Below are positions 19,082 to 28,174 of a stretch of 43,697 nt of DNA, one piece after another. Within the stretch, counting starts at the first letter, position 1. Every line of letters begins with the position of its first letter. The notes beneath the pieces were generated by a model. It was not told where the DNA came from. It was given only the letters and a program-made list of their open reading frames with translations, and searched no databases. Both the position numbers and the translations under genes were made by a program. The stretch is from Flavobacteriales bacterium (GTDB lineage: Bacteria > Bacteroidota > Bacteroidia > Flavobacteriales_D > Sanyastnellaceae), in the NCBI GenBank assembly GCA_042089975.1, contig JBELJW010000002.1, forward strand, positions 1 to 43,697, given 5' to 3'.

Positions 19082-19549
19082 TCAATGGCCCGTTTCAAGG
19101 CGGAGGCCCACATTGGCCAAACCCACCAGGGGATCTCTTCTCATGCCATGGGCGATCTCCAAGCGGTACGTTCCGCTCAATGGAAAGGCCACCTGAGATT
19201 GAAGCATGAACCGCTGGTCCATGAGGTCCCCGAAGCCTGAGCCTCTCCACCGTCCGAGTTCATCCGCCAAGGTGCATGCCACCGTGTCGGTGCGGGTCTT
19301 TCCATTCGGGAATTCGTAGGTCAGAAACAAATACAGGTTGGAAAAGGGGTAATCCTGCGCATGCCTCAGATCCAAAATGACGTCCTGCCTCTGCAACGTG
19401 TCAGACACTTCCCATTGGAAGGACAAAACATCCTCGCCCGCCCAACCCTTGGGGTCAACCTCCGCGGATTCTGCAAACAGCGGAGGGTCGCCACACCCAA
19501 ACGCCGCCAAGCATGCGCAAATCAGTGCGGTGCCAACACGAGATGACAT
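19082..19549 (-). CDS. gldH: Gliding motility lipoprotein GldH
   Basis: The protein is about 155 aa, with a lipoprotein signal MSSRVGTALICACLAAFGCG. The segment ...YPFSNLYLFLTY... and the conserved position downstream of holB and PSP1 match GldH in Flavobacteriia, from memory. ATG 19549 overlaps the PSP1 stop as TGATG (the ORF-track TTG at 19552 is one codon upstream). Confidence 0.65.
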   Translation of the reverse strand: MSSRVGTALICACLAAFGCGDPPLFAESAEVDPKGWAGEDVLSFQWEVSDTLQRQDVILDLRHAQDYPFSNLYLFLTYEFPNGKTRTDTVACTLADELGRWRGSGFGDLMDQRFMLQSQVAFPLSGTYRLEIAHGMRRDPLVGLANVGLRLETGH

Positions 19550-20823
19550 CAAGAAGACTGAGGCTTGGATGCTCCGCCACCGCCTTTCTTGCGGCCGCGG
19601 CCACGGTTTCGGCTGGGTCGTCGGCCACTCGACTTGGCATCCCCTGAGGACGACTTGGCACCTCCCTGTGGAGGTGCGGAGGATCCACCCTTGGGACGTC
19701 TTTTGCCTTTGCGGCGCTTGTTTCTTTTGGCCTCGTCAAATCGGGTCAAACTCTCTTGGCCAACCACATTGCCGAAGGTGGTGTCCACCTCTTCCACCTC
19801 TTCTTCCAATTCGTATGATGCCAAAGACCCCACCACTTCGCCTTTGGCAGAAGCAGCGATCAATTCATTGGCATCTTCAACATTCATGGCGATGGGCGAT
19901 GACCCTTGTTCTCCGAGCTGCAAGAAGTAGACCAGGCGTTTGAAAATGTCCATTTTGAACACCACGGCCTTCCCTTTGGGGGTTTTGATCTTGGCATTGG
20001 GAGAAGGAAACTCTTTCACCGCCTCCACGTACTGGTCCAACTCAAAATTGAGACAGCACTTGAGCTTGCCGCATTGTCCAGCGAGTTTGCCCGGGTTGAG
20101 CGACAGCTGCTGGTAACGTGCTGCACCTGTGCTCACGGATCTGAAATCCTTCAACCACGACGTGCAACACAGTTCACGACCACACACGCCAATGCCCCCA
20201 ATTCGGGCAGCTTCTTGCCTTGCACCGATTTGGCGCATGTCAATGCGGATGTCAAACGTGCTGGCCAACTCTCGAACCAAATCACGGAAATCCACACGTT
20301 GCTCTGCGGTGTAGTAAAACGTCGCCCTGGTGTTGTCGCCTTGGTACTCCACGTCCGTCAGCTTCATGGAAATGTTCAAGCGCTTGATGATGGCCCTTGA
20401 CTCCTTCATGGTGGCGTCCTCTCGCTGCCGTGCTTCGTGCCAAAGCGCCAAGTCTTCTGTGGTCGCCTTGCGCGCAATGCGCTTCAATTCATGGTCATCC
20501 TTGATTTTTCGGAGCTTCAATTGGCTCTTCACCAATTCTCCGGTCAAGCTCACAACGCCTACATCATGTCCCGGTTGAAGGTCAATCACGACCACGTCGC
20601 CAACATGGGCAGTCACCGCTTGGGGACTTCTGACGTATGCCTTGCGGTTGTTCTTGTAGCGGATCTCCACCACGTCATAAGGCGAGGCGCCATTGGGCAG
20701 AGGGACGCCCTCAAGCCAATCAAATACGCTCATGGAGCCGCATCCGCAGTCCCCACAACGGCCGTTGTTTTTGCATCCTCTTGGAAGCCCGTCTTCCCCT
20801 ACGCTGCACGTTGAACATCCCAT
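19549..20823 (-). CDS. PSP1 domain protein (RicT-like) with Cys-rich N-terminus and Arg/Lys/Gly-rich C-terminal tail
   Basis: The N-terminus MGCSTCSVGEDGLPRGCKNNGRCGDCGCGSMSVFDWL is Cys-rich. The central PSP1 region reads ..TFYYTAEQRVDFRDLVRELA..RIDMRQIG. The last 59 or so aa form a KRNKRRKGKRRPKGG...GRRPSRNRGRGRKKGGGG tail. I chose the start at ATG 20823 rather than TTG 20850. The conserved MGC N-terminus supports this, as does a TACCTTAG box 4 nt upstream. Confidence 0.8.
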   Translation of the reverse strand: MGCSTCSVGEDGLPRGCKNNGRCGDCGCGSMSVFDWLEGVPLPNGASPYDVVEIRYKNNRKAYVRSPQAVTAHVGDVVVIDLQPGHDVGVVSLTGELVKSQLKLRKIKDDHELKRIARKATTEDLALWHEARQREDATMKESRAIIKRLNISMKLTDVEYQGDNTRATFYYTAEQRVDFRDLVRELASTFDIRIDMRQIGARQEAARIGGIGVCGRELCCTSWLKDFRSVSTGAARYQQLSLNPGKLAGQCGKLKCCLNFELDQYVEAVKEFPSPNAKIKTPKGKAVVFKMDIFKRLVYFLQLGEQGSSPIAMNVEDANELIAASAKGEVVGSLASYELEEEVEEVDTTFGNVVGQESLTRFDEAKRNKRRKGKRRPKGGSSAPPQGGAKSSSGDAKSSGRRPSRNRGRGRKKGGGGASKPQSS

Positions 20824-20827
20824 GCCC

Positions 20828-20835
20828 CTAAGGTA
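20828..20835 (-). promoter_or_regulatory. -7-like box TACCTTAG, 4 nt upstream of the PSP1 ATG
   Basis: The minus strand reads TACCTTAG-gggc-ATG(20823). It lies in the 23-nt gap after the holB stop. Confidence 0.3.
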
Positions 20836-20846
20836 ACGCCGGAGTG

Positions 20847-21983
20847 TCAATTCCCACCCGCAGGGATCCGCAACATGCGGTGCACACGCAAACTGAGGTC
20901 CACAAACACCAATTTGCCATTGACATTGCCCGCCACATCCCCATGGGCGTCTTCCAATGCCTGTCTGAGCGCGAGCACATTATCATGGTGAATGAAGGTG
21001 CTGAATTTGGACAAAAAACCTTCTTCCGACGGCGTCAGGCGCACGAGTGATTCGGCACCGTAATGGCCCACGATGCTCTGCCTGACAAGATGAAGGGCAT
21101 AATGCAGGAAGCGTTTTTGACCTTCTCGACCCATCGCGGCAAACGCCTCGGAGCCCTCCACCATGGCCTTCCCATCACGGGCCCAGCACGCGCGCATCCA
21201 GGCTGAAAAACGATCGAGGTCCGGTTGGTCGTCGCCTGCCTTCGCCATCCGAAGGGCGAGGGCCAGATTGCCGTCCGCCACATGGGCCAAACTCGTGGCC
21301 TGCGCTTGGGCCATGCCCCACTTCGACACCAACCCCTCTGCAGCTTCTTCCGAACTCAAGTTGGGCACATGGATGCGTTGCACCCTCGACCGAATGGTCG
21401 CCAAAAGGCGGTCGGGGTGCTCCGTGACAAACAGCATCACTGTCTTGTCAGTGGGCTCTTCCATCAATTTCAAAAACTTGTTTGCGGTGTCGACCCGCAT
21501 CGTCTCAGGCAGCCAGCAAATCCAGATTTTCCAACCCCCATGAAACGACTTCAAGCCAAGCTTGCGGTTCACCTCTAGCGCCTCGTCCACAGAAATGAAG
21601 AGCTGTTTCCTGTCGGCCCCCAAACGTTCAAGCCAATCTTCCACACCCAGATAGGCTCCTTCCAACATGGCCTCGCGCCACGATCCTTGGTGCGGTTCTG
21701 AAGTGGCTTTGTCTTGACCGTCTGCCTTGAAAAAAGGGAAACACCAATGCACATCTGGATGCTGGAGTTTGGCATGGGCTTGACAAGAAGGGCAGACGCC
21801 ACAACTGTCCTCTGTTCCTGGATCCGCACAGGTTAGATACTGGGCAAAGGCCCGGGCCAAGGCGAGGGCACCGGCCCCTTCTTGACCTTCCAACAATTGG
21901 GCATGGGCCACACGCGATGAACGTGCGCTCTCACGCAGCTTTGCCCCCAAGGTTTGGTGGCCCACAACATCGGCGAATCGCAT
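20847..21983 (-). CDS. holB: DNA polymerase III subunit delta prime
   Basis: MRFADVVGHQTLGAKLRESARSSRVAHAQLLEGQEGAGALALA matches the clamp-loader AAA+ N-terminus. A Cys-rich zinc module (CADPGTEDSCGVCPSCQ) and the SRVQ sensor block are also present. Confidence 0.85.
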   Translation of the reverse strand: MRFADVVGHQTLGAKLRESARSSRVAHAQLLEGQEGAGALALARAFAQYLTCADPGTEDSCGVCPSCQAHAKLQHPDVHWCFPFFKADGQDKATSEPHQGSWREAMLEGAYLGVEDWLERLGADRKQLFISVDEALEVNRKLGLKSFHGGWKIWICWLPETMRVDTANKFLKLMEEPTDKTVMLFVTEHPDRLLATIRSRVQRIHVPNLSSEEAAEGLVSKWGMAQAQATSLAHVADGNLALALRMAKAGDDQPDLDRFSAWMRACWARDGKAMVEGSEAFAAMGREGQKRFLHYALHLVRQSIVGHYGAESLVRLTPSEEGFLSKFSTFIHHDNVLALRQALEDAHGDVAGNVNGKLVFVDLSLRVHRMLRIPAGGN

Positions 21984-21987
21984 CTGT

Positions 21988-21995
21988 CGAAGGTA
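21988..21995 (-). promoter_or_regulatory. -7-like box TACCTTCG, 4 nt upstream of the holB ATG
   Basis: The minus strand reads TGA(receptor stop)-g-TACCTTCG-acag-ATG(21983). The octamer is identical to those upstream of the GT2-GT9 and mlaE-like genes. Confidence 0.35.
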
Positions 21996-21996
21996 C

Positions 21997-24435
21997 TCAG
22001 AATTGTGCGGTGGCAGTCAACCGAAGGTTGCGCCCGGGTGCGGACAATCCCGACCCAAAGGTCCGGTAGTGAAGGTCCAGCAAGTTCATGGCTGCCACAC
22101 GGATTTCCAGCGTGTCGTTCAGCCGCCACGATCCCGAAACGTTCCATGTTGCCCAGGCCGGAGAACCCTTCGGCAGGGCCTCTTGCAAGTTGTCCGTGGC
22201 CCCGGGACCATAATCCTCTGCCCGTTTGGGCAAGGCATAACGGACGGTCGTGCTCCAACGGCCACGGGGGTGGGTTTGGACCCATTCCAACAGCCCAAAC
22301 GTCGGGGGGATGTGGGCAAGCGGCTGCGCGCCTTGCTCCAGGCTGTTGCCAAGCGTCCAGTTGACAACGCCTCGAAGGGTCGCACGCGGACCGAGGCGCG
22401 CTTGGCCCTCGAGGCGCGCGCCCCGCACCCAAGCACGGTCGATGTTCTGGTTCATTTGGATCCTCGCGGTGTCCCCGTCAATGGTCAACAAAGTGTCCCC
22501 ATTCATGGAGGCGTTGGTCTGGACAATCGCATCGTTCCAAAGACTGCCAAACACCGCTGCGCGAAGCACCAAAACGTCGCTGTTGGGCACATATGACCAA
22601 GTCAGCCCCTGTTCTGCGGTGTAGAGGTATTCCGGACGAAGGTCAGGGTTGGGGACGAGCACAAAACCCGCTTTCTCTCGAACCTTGCCCAGGTCGTCGA
22701 CATTGGGGTGACGGAATCCGCTGGACAAAGACGTCGCCCACGATCCGCGCGTCGACACCTTTCCAGTCCATGCGCCACTGGCGGTCAGGGCGCCTCCCTG
22801 TTGGCTCACCTCTCCGAAGGGCAGCGACAACCGGGTGGTGTCTTCAAAGGACGAATGCACCGACGCATGGCTGTAACGCAAACCGCCGCGAAAGGCATGC
22901 TTGCCTCGTTCCACGTGGGCCGAAGCAAATGCCCCCCATGTGGACATCGTGGAGCCACCATCGGCATATCGCGTCCATGCATCACCCTCCAGTCCAGAGG
23001 CCAAATCTTCGAAGCGCGCGGTCGATTCCACTGCGTTCCATTGGCCATCTGCACCAGCTTCCATTTTCCACTCCCCGACCCTGCCGCGCAGCACAGAGGT
23101 CAGTCCACCCACCAAGAGGGATTCCCTCTGAACGGTCCTCATGTCGCTTCCAAAACGCCGCTTGATGCGGCTTTCTTCAATCCTTTGTACGCTTGCGAGG
23201 GTCGTCCACGTCCAGCGCTCTGCCACGGCCCGTTGAAGGGTCAAAGCGGCCAAGGAACGCTGTTGCGGACCATAGGCCCATTCCGCCCACTTGGTGGTGC
23301 CTCCTGCCATGTCGTTGTAGACGTCAAAACGAGGCACATCCCCTGTGGTGCTGTGCTGCAGGTTCAAATCGATGAATCCACCCTTCCAATGGGCACGCAT
23401 CCTGTGTTGAAAGTCCCATTGATCGTAGGCCGTGGCCACTTGCAGCGTGGGGTCCGCATTCACCACCAGCGTGTCTTTGCCACCTTGGCGTACGACCGTG
23501 AACGGGACCAAGCCCCAAGTGCTGTCTCCGTGGGCCCGCCAACCTCCCATCTTCAGGTGACCAAATGCACGGCGGGTGACCTGCGTGACGGACCCCCAAC
23601 GAGGGGCCTGCACGTTGATTTCGGCGTGTCCCGCCCATCCTCCATTGACGGTGCTCCCTTGCGTGGTGAATTGGCCATGAGCCTCCAAAGAGTCGGTGCC
23701 AAATCGCGGCGCTTTGGTCATGAAGTGCACCACACCACCTAGGGCATCGCTGCCGTACAGCACACTGCTTGGGCCCATTAGCACGTCGGTGCGGACGACC
23801 GCAAAAGGGTCGATGCTTCCCGCATTTTGGACGTGGCCAGACCGGTAAATGGCGTTGTTCATGCGGACCCCATCGACCACGAGAAGGACCCTGTTGGCCT
23901 CAAAACCTCTGAGAACAGGGCTGATGCCGCCTTGTTGGCTCATCTGAAGATGAATTTGACCCGAACTCTCCAAAAGGTCGCCTGTGGTCTCTGTGGTCCG
24001 CACAGGCGCGCGCGCCACCATCCGGGTCAAGTCGGCCCCTGCCATGGCGGCCGTGGCGCTCCAAGACACGGCACTCGATTGCACCACAACCTCTTCGATG
24101 GCGAACGTGGTGGACAACAGATCCACGGTCCAAGTCGTCGCGCTTCCCGGCACCCCCCATTGGTCGTCGTGGCCCAAAGACTGTACCCGCAATGTGTCCG
24201 TGGGCGCCCAAGGCTCCATTTGAGCAATTCCAAAGGCATTGGCGGCGACGGCCGTTCCCGACGAGACATTTGCGACGGTGGCAAATGGCACTGGGACACC
24301 ATTGGTCAGGACTTCCACCGACCAGTCTTTTTGGGCCATCACGAGGGACGATGCCCCATAGCACGCCATCCCCATCCCCAAAAGGAAGAGGCGACGGAAC
24401 CAGCCTAGGTCAGGCAAAGAGGGCTTCCAGAACAT
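21997..24435 (-). CDS. TonB-dependent receptor (with N-terminal carboxypeptidase-regulatory-like domain)
   Basis: A signal peptide ends ...SSLVMAQ. The plug-domain blocks are ISPVLRGFEANRVLLVVDGVRMNN and VLYGSDALGGVVHF. A long beta-barrel region ends in a terminal aromatic (..LTATAQF). No SusD-like partner is adjacent. The start overlaps the recO 3' end by 26 nt. Confidence 0.85.
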   Translation of the reverse strand: MFWKPSLPDLGWFRRLFLLGMGMACYGASSLVMAQKDWSVEVLTNGVPVPFATVANVSSGTAVAANAFGIAQMEPWAPTDTLRVQSLGHDDQWGVPGSATTWTVDLLSTTFAIEEVVVQSSAVSWSATAAMAGADLTRMVARAPVRTTETTGDLLESSGQIHLQMSQQGGISPVLRGFEANRVLLVVDGVRMNNAIYRSGHVQNAGSIDPFAVVRTDVLMGPSSVLYGSDALGGVVHFMTKAPRFGTDSLEAHGQFTTQGSTVNGGWAGHAEINVQAPRWGSVTQVTRRAFGHLKMGGWRAHGDSTWGLVPFTVVRQGGKDTLVVNADPTLQVATAYDQWDFQHRMRAHWKGGFIDLNLQHSTTGDVPRFDVYNDMAGGTTKWAEWAYGPQQRSLAALTLQRAVAERWTWTTLASVQRIEESRIKRRFGSDMRTVQRESLLVGGLTSVLRGRVGEWKMEAGADGQWNAVESTARFEDLASGLEGDAWTRYADGGSTMSTWGAFASAHVERGKHAFRGGLRYSHASVHSSFEDTTRLSLPFGEVSQQGGALTASGAWTGKVSTRGSWATSLSSGFRHPNVDDLGKVREKAGFVLVPNPDLRPEYLYTAEQGLTWSYVPNSDVLVLRAAVFGSLWNDAIVQTNASMNGDTLLTIDGDTARIQMNQNIDRAWVRGARLEGQARLGPRATLRGVVNWTLGNSLEQGAQPLAHIPPTFGLLEWVQTHPRGRWSTTVRYALPKRAEDYGPGATDNLQEALPKGSPAWATWNVSGSWRLNDTLEIRVAAMNLLDLHYRTFGSGLSAPGRNLRLTATAQF

Positions 24436-25138
24436 CGTAGCTTTTCAATTCGCGTTGTTTGCCCAATTGTGCTTGAACGTACCTGTAGGCGCCAAGCACA
24501 AGAGGTTTGCGTTGGTCACGGGTCCAAGGAAGGCGCTGGAGTGAACCAAAATTCATGCCAGGAATTTGCCGGAGCAACGACACGACTTCTGGAGAAAGGG
24601 AGGACTTGGTCGCGTGCTCGGGATCCACATAGTCACCTGTGGCCACATCGAGCCACATCCCATGGTCATCGTCCAGCGGAGGCATCATGCCCAGGGCCTC
24701 GACCAGATGGGCCATGAATTTCACATGGATCCAAGGGACTTGTTCCTCCGTCTCCAGCCAATCCAATGCCTGGAGGGTCAGCTCATACACGTCCTCTGCC
24801 GGCGCCCCTTCCTCCAAGCAAGCCGACAAAACTTCCGCGACAAAGAAACCCACGGCGGATCGCTCAGGTGACCTCCGAAAGGTCAACTGAGGAGCTGCCC
24901 GTCGACATTCCTTTGCCATCCACAATCCCTGGCCCTTGCCCGGTTTCAAGTCGCTGATTTCGAGATGGGCCATGGGGTGCCAAAGGGCCTTTTGCTTGCC
25001 TGCATTTGCCACCCAAAGGGGAATGCACCCATGGGCCCGTGTCAACAACCTCACAATCCGACTGCGGTCGCCGTATGCCACACCACCCACCACCACTGCG
25101 TGGGCTTCAGATTCCATGGAAAGAGAAGTGTGGGACAT
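24410..25138 (-). CDS. recO: DNA repair protein RecO
   Basis: The OB-fold N-terminus reads ..AHAVVVGGVAYGDRSRIVRLLT..G. Length and layout fit RecO. I chose the start at ATG 25138 (MSHTSL...) rather than 25177, because a perfect TACTTTTG box ends 6 nt upstream of it. Confidence 0.75.
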   Translation of the reverse strand: MSHTSLSMESEAHAVVVGGVAYGDRSRIVRLLTRAHGCIPLWVANAGKQKALWHPMAHLEISDLKPGKGQGLWMAKECRRAAPQLTFRRSPERSAVGFFVAEVLSACLEEGAPAEDVYELTLQALDWLETEEQVPWIHVKFMAHLVEALGMMPPLDDDHGMWLDVATGDYVDPEHATKSSLSPEVVSLLRQIPGMNFGSLQRLPWTRDQRKPLVLGAYRYVQAQLGKQRELKSYDVLEALFA

Positions 25139-25144
25139 GCCGTT

Positions 25145-25152
25145 CAAAAGTA
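25145..25152 (-). promoter_or_regulatory. Perfect -7 box TACTTTTG, 6 nt upstream of the recO ATG
   Basis: The minus strand reads TACTTTTG-aacggc-ATG(25138). Confidence 0.45.
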
Positions 25153-25214
25153 CGGGGGGAGTCCAGTCAACATCCATGATTCCCAGCGGTTATCTTCACA
25201 GCGCAACCTTGACG

Positions 25215-27164
25215 ATGAAAGACACTGCCTACTGCCCCGATGCCTTCAACTACCAACGTCGATCCTCCCGGCCTGTGCAGGTCGGCAACATCGGCATAGG
25301 AGGAGAGCACCCGATCCGGGTGCAGTCCATGACCACCACCAACACTTTGGATGTCGATGCCACTGTGGCCCAGAGCATCCGAATGATCGAAGTGGGGTGT
25401 GAATTGGTGCGCATCACCGCCCCCAGCAAAAGGGATGCCGAGGCTTTGGAACACATCGCCCAACAATTGAAGGATGCCGGGCACGACGTCCCATTGGTGG
25501 CGGACATCCACTTCACCCCCAATGCAGCAGAAATCGCGGCAGAACACGTGGAAAAGGTCCGTGTCAACCCCGGAAACTATGCGGACAAGAAGCGGTTCGA
25601 GAACTTGGTCTACACCGACGAATCCTACGAAGAAGAATTGTCGCGCATCCGTGTGAAATTCACGCCTTTGGTGCGCAAGTGCAAAACCCTTGGCAAGGCC
25701 ATGCGGATCGGCACCAACCACGGATCGTTGTCCGACCGCATCATGAGCCGCTACGGAGACACCGCACTGGGCATGGTGGAGAGTGCGTTGGAATTCCTCC
25801 GGATTTGTGTGGACGAAGAGTATTTCGAGGTCGTGGTCTCCATGAAATCATCCAACCCCCAAGTCATGGTCCAAGCTTACCGCTTGCTCGTGGCAAGGAT
25901 GGAAGAGGAAAACATGGCCTTTCCCCTTCATCTCGGGGTGACCGAGGCAGGCGACGGTGAAGACGGCCGCGTCAAATCGGCCTTGGGCATAGGCACGTTG
26001 CTGGAGGATGGACTCGGCGACACCGTTCGGGTCAGCTTGACAGAGGAACCAGAAGCTGAAATGCCCGTGGGCCGAATGCTTGTGGAGCGCTACGCCGGGC
26101 GTGAGGGCCATGACGCCATCCCCCCAGTGGAAAGCAACTTGGACCCCTTCGCCTACACAAGGCGCGCTTGCCATGAGGTGGGACAAACGGGCGGGAAGAA
26201 CGTTCCGGTGGTGGTCCACACCCTTCGCGAAGAAGACACCCAGCCTGCGCATCTTTTTGGCGCGGGTTACCGCTACAGTGTTCCATTGGACAAATGGAAT
26301 CTGGACGACGCCGCATGCGATGTGGTCTATGCCGGGTCAGGGAGCTTGGCTTTTGGGCTGCCTGGAACCCTTCAAGTGCTGATGGACGCGGACGCATGGC
26401 GCCAATTGGAGCACAAGCCCGCCCAGCACATCCCGCTTTGGTCTGCCACCCAATTGGCCGACATGCCCCATCCGAAGGACGGCCAAATCCATTGGGTCCG
26501 GGTGCGCCGAAAGGATGTGGGACCAGCATTGAAAGCAGCCGTGTCCGACGCTTCAGGAAACATGCGCGCGGACCTGGTGTGGGTCGTGGAGACTGAACAC
26601 GTCCACGCCATGGTCGATCTGCGGACCACGGTCCTTGCATTGGACGCCGCAGGATGCATTGCCCCTGTGGTCCTCAGGCGCACATGGTCCGAACTGGACG
26701 TCGATCGCTTGACCCTCCATGCAGCCACCGACCTCGGTGGCCCCATGATCGACGGCTTGGGGGACGGCCTTTGGGTGGACGCTCCGCATGTCCCTTTGCA
26801 AAAGCGCAATGCCCTGTCTTTTGGCATCCTCCAAGCGGCGCGGACCCGCATCTCCAAGACGGAGTACATCAGCTGCCCAAGCTGCGGGCGCACCCTCTTC
26901 GACCTTCAAGAGACCACCGCCAAAATCCGGGAAGTCACGCATCACCTCAAGGGCGTCAAAATTGGCATCATGGGGTGCATTGTGAATGGCCCGGGAGAAA
27001 TGGCCGATGCCGATTACGGATATGTCGGGACAGGACCTGGCAAAATCACGCTCTACAAAGAGAAAGAGGTGGTCCGAAGGAATGTCCCAGAAGACGACGC
27101 TGTCGATGCCTTGATCGACTTGATCCGAGAACACGGGGACTGGGTGGAGGCGCCTACGGTCTGA
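25215..27164 (+). CDS. ispG: 4-hydroxy-3-methylbut-2-en-1-yl diphosphate synthase, long form with insertion domain
   Basis: The N-terminal TIM-barrel part contains RPVQVGNIGIGGEHPIRVQSMTTT. The C-terminal 4Fe-4S part contains CPSCGRT...GCIVNGPGEMADADYG. An insert of about 270 aa separates them, as in Bacteroidota, Chlamydia and plant GcpE. I moved the start from 24936 to ATG 25215. Confidence 0.93.
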   Translation: MKDTAYCPDAFNYQRRSSRPVQVGNIGIGGEHPIRVQSMTTTNTLDVDATVAQSIRMIEVGCELVRITAPSKRDAEALEHIAQQLKDAGHDVPLVADIHFTPNAAEIAAEHVEKVRVNPGNYADKKRFENLVYTDESYEEELSRIRVKFTPLVRKCKTLGKAMRIGTNHGSLSDRIMSRYGDTALGMVESALEFLRICVDEEYFEVVVSMKSSNPQVMVQAYRLLVARMEEENMAFPLHLGVTEAGDGEDGRVKSALGIGTLLEDGLGDTVRVSLTEEPEAEMPVGRMLVERYAGREGHDAIPPVESNLDPFAYTRRACHEVGQTGGKNVPVVVHTLREEDTQPAHLFGAGYRYSVPLDKWNLDDAACDVVYAGSGSLAFGLPGTLQVLMDADAWRQLEHKPAQHIPLWSATQLADMPHPKDGQIHWVRVRRKDVGPALKAAVSDASGNMRADLVWVVETEHVHAMVDLRTTVLALDAAGCIAPVVLRRTWSELDVDRLTLHAATDLGGPMIDGLGDGLWVDAPHVPLQKRNALSFGILQAARTRISKTEYISCPSCGRTLFDLQETTAKIREVTHHLKGVKIGIMGCIVNGPGEMADADYGYVGTGPGKITLYKEKEVVRRNVPEDDAVDALIDLIREHGDWVEAPTV

Positions 27165-27167
27165 GCC

Positions 27168-27776
27168 TCAACGCACAGACGGAAAGTAGGTTCGCTGGTG
27201 GAGCAGCATCCAAATCACGCTGACCGAAATGGCCGCATCGGCCAGGTTCCATATCGGTGGAAAAATCTCCCGTCCGGCCCACGCTTGGATGGGCCACCAA
27301 GCCGGCCAGGTGACGATGAAGTGGAACATGTCCACCACATGCCCTTGAAACCACGGCGCATACCCTCCACCTTCAGGCAAAAATTCGGCAAGGGTCCCCC
27401 AACCAGAACGGCCAAACAGCCTTCCATACACCGCACTGTCGATGATGTTGCCCAAGGCACCTGCCCACACAAAGGTCAGGCCCGTCAACACGCCACGGGG
27501 GGCATGTTCTTTGATTCTTCTGGAGATGTACACCCCAATGCCCACCGCCGCCACCAGGCGAAACGCGGTCAGCAAGAGTTTGCCGAGCGTGCCGGGCAGC
27601 GCCCAACCGAAGGCCATGCCCTCGTTCTCAATGAACTGCAATTCCAAAATTCCGGGCACAAAAGGCATCCTCTCGCCAATGGCGAAGGAGGTCTTGACCC
27701 AGAACTTGATCAGTTGGTCCAAACACAAGATGGGCAACAAAATGCGCCAAACCAATTGTCTCAAAGTGGGCGTCAC
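27168..27776 (-). CDS. lspA: Lipoprotein signal peptidase (signal peptidase II)
   Basis: LDQLIKFWVKTSF..GILELQFIENEGMAFGW and NIIDS..VVDMF are LspA motifs containing the catalytic Asp residues. The GTG start overlaps the upstream stop (GTGA). Confidence 0.9.
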   Translation of the reverse strand: MTPTLRQLVWRILLPILCLDQLIKFWVKTSFAIGERMPFVPGILELQFIENEGMAFGWALPGTLGKLLLTAFRLVAAVGIGVYISRRIKEHAPRGVLTGLTFVWAGALGNIIDSAVYGRLFGRSGWGTLAEFLPEGGGYAPWFQGHVVDMFHFIVTWPAWWPIQAWAGREIFPPIWNLADAAISVSVIWMLLHQRTYFPSVR

Positions 27777-28144
27777 TGTTGTTGTTTCGCCTCGATCGAC
27801 AGGGTCGCGTGAGGCACCAAACGAAGGCGCTCCTTAGGGATCAACTTCCCCGTCACCCGACAAATGCCGTAGGTTTTGTTCTTGATGCGCAGCAAGGCGT
27901 TCTGCAAACTTTGGATGAACTTCTGCTGACGGGCCGCCAATTGGGCCGTCTCTTCTCGGCTCATCGTTTCGGATCCATCTTCCATCATTTTGAAGGTGGG
28001 CGCCGTGTCTTCGGTGCTGTTGTCGTCGCTGTGGGACAGGGAGCGTTGCAATTGGTCCAAATCCTCCTGTGCGCTCTCAATTTTCGTATGAATGAGGGCT
28101 TCGAATTCCTTCAAATCCTTGTCTGAGTATCTCAAATCAGCCAT
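27773..28144 (-). CDS. TraR/DksA family zinc-finger-like protein
   Basis: The protein is 123 aa. A coiled-coil N-terminal part is followed by ..RIKNKTYGICRVTGKLIPKERLRLVPHATLSIEAK. It occupies the classic ileS - dksA-like - lspA position in Bacteroidota. Confidence 0.8.
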   Translation of the reverse strand: MADLRYSDKDLKEFEALIHTKIESAQEDLDQLQRSLSHSDDNSTEDTAPTFKMMEDGSETMSREETAQLAARQQKFIQSLQNALLRIKNKTYGICRVTGKLIPKERLRLVPHATLSIEAKQQQ

Positions 28145-28174
28145 GATGCCATGCGTTGTTTGTGTGCCTCTGAA

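Noticed and set aside
24936-25214. N-terminal extensions offered by the ORF track: ispG from 24936, mlaE-like from 38809, pyk from 33179, purD from 3842, recX from 42742, the M43 protease from 19113, and the lipoprotein from 15377.
   Set aside because: The extensions overlap divergent neighbours or lack family-typical sequence. Conserved N-termini or signal peptides begin at the internal ATGs I chose.
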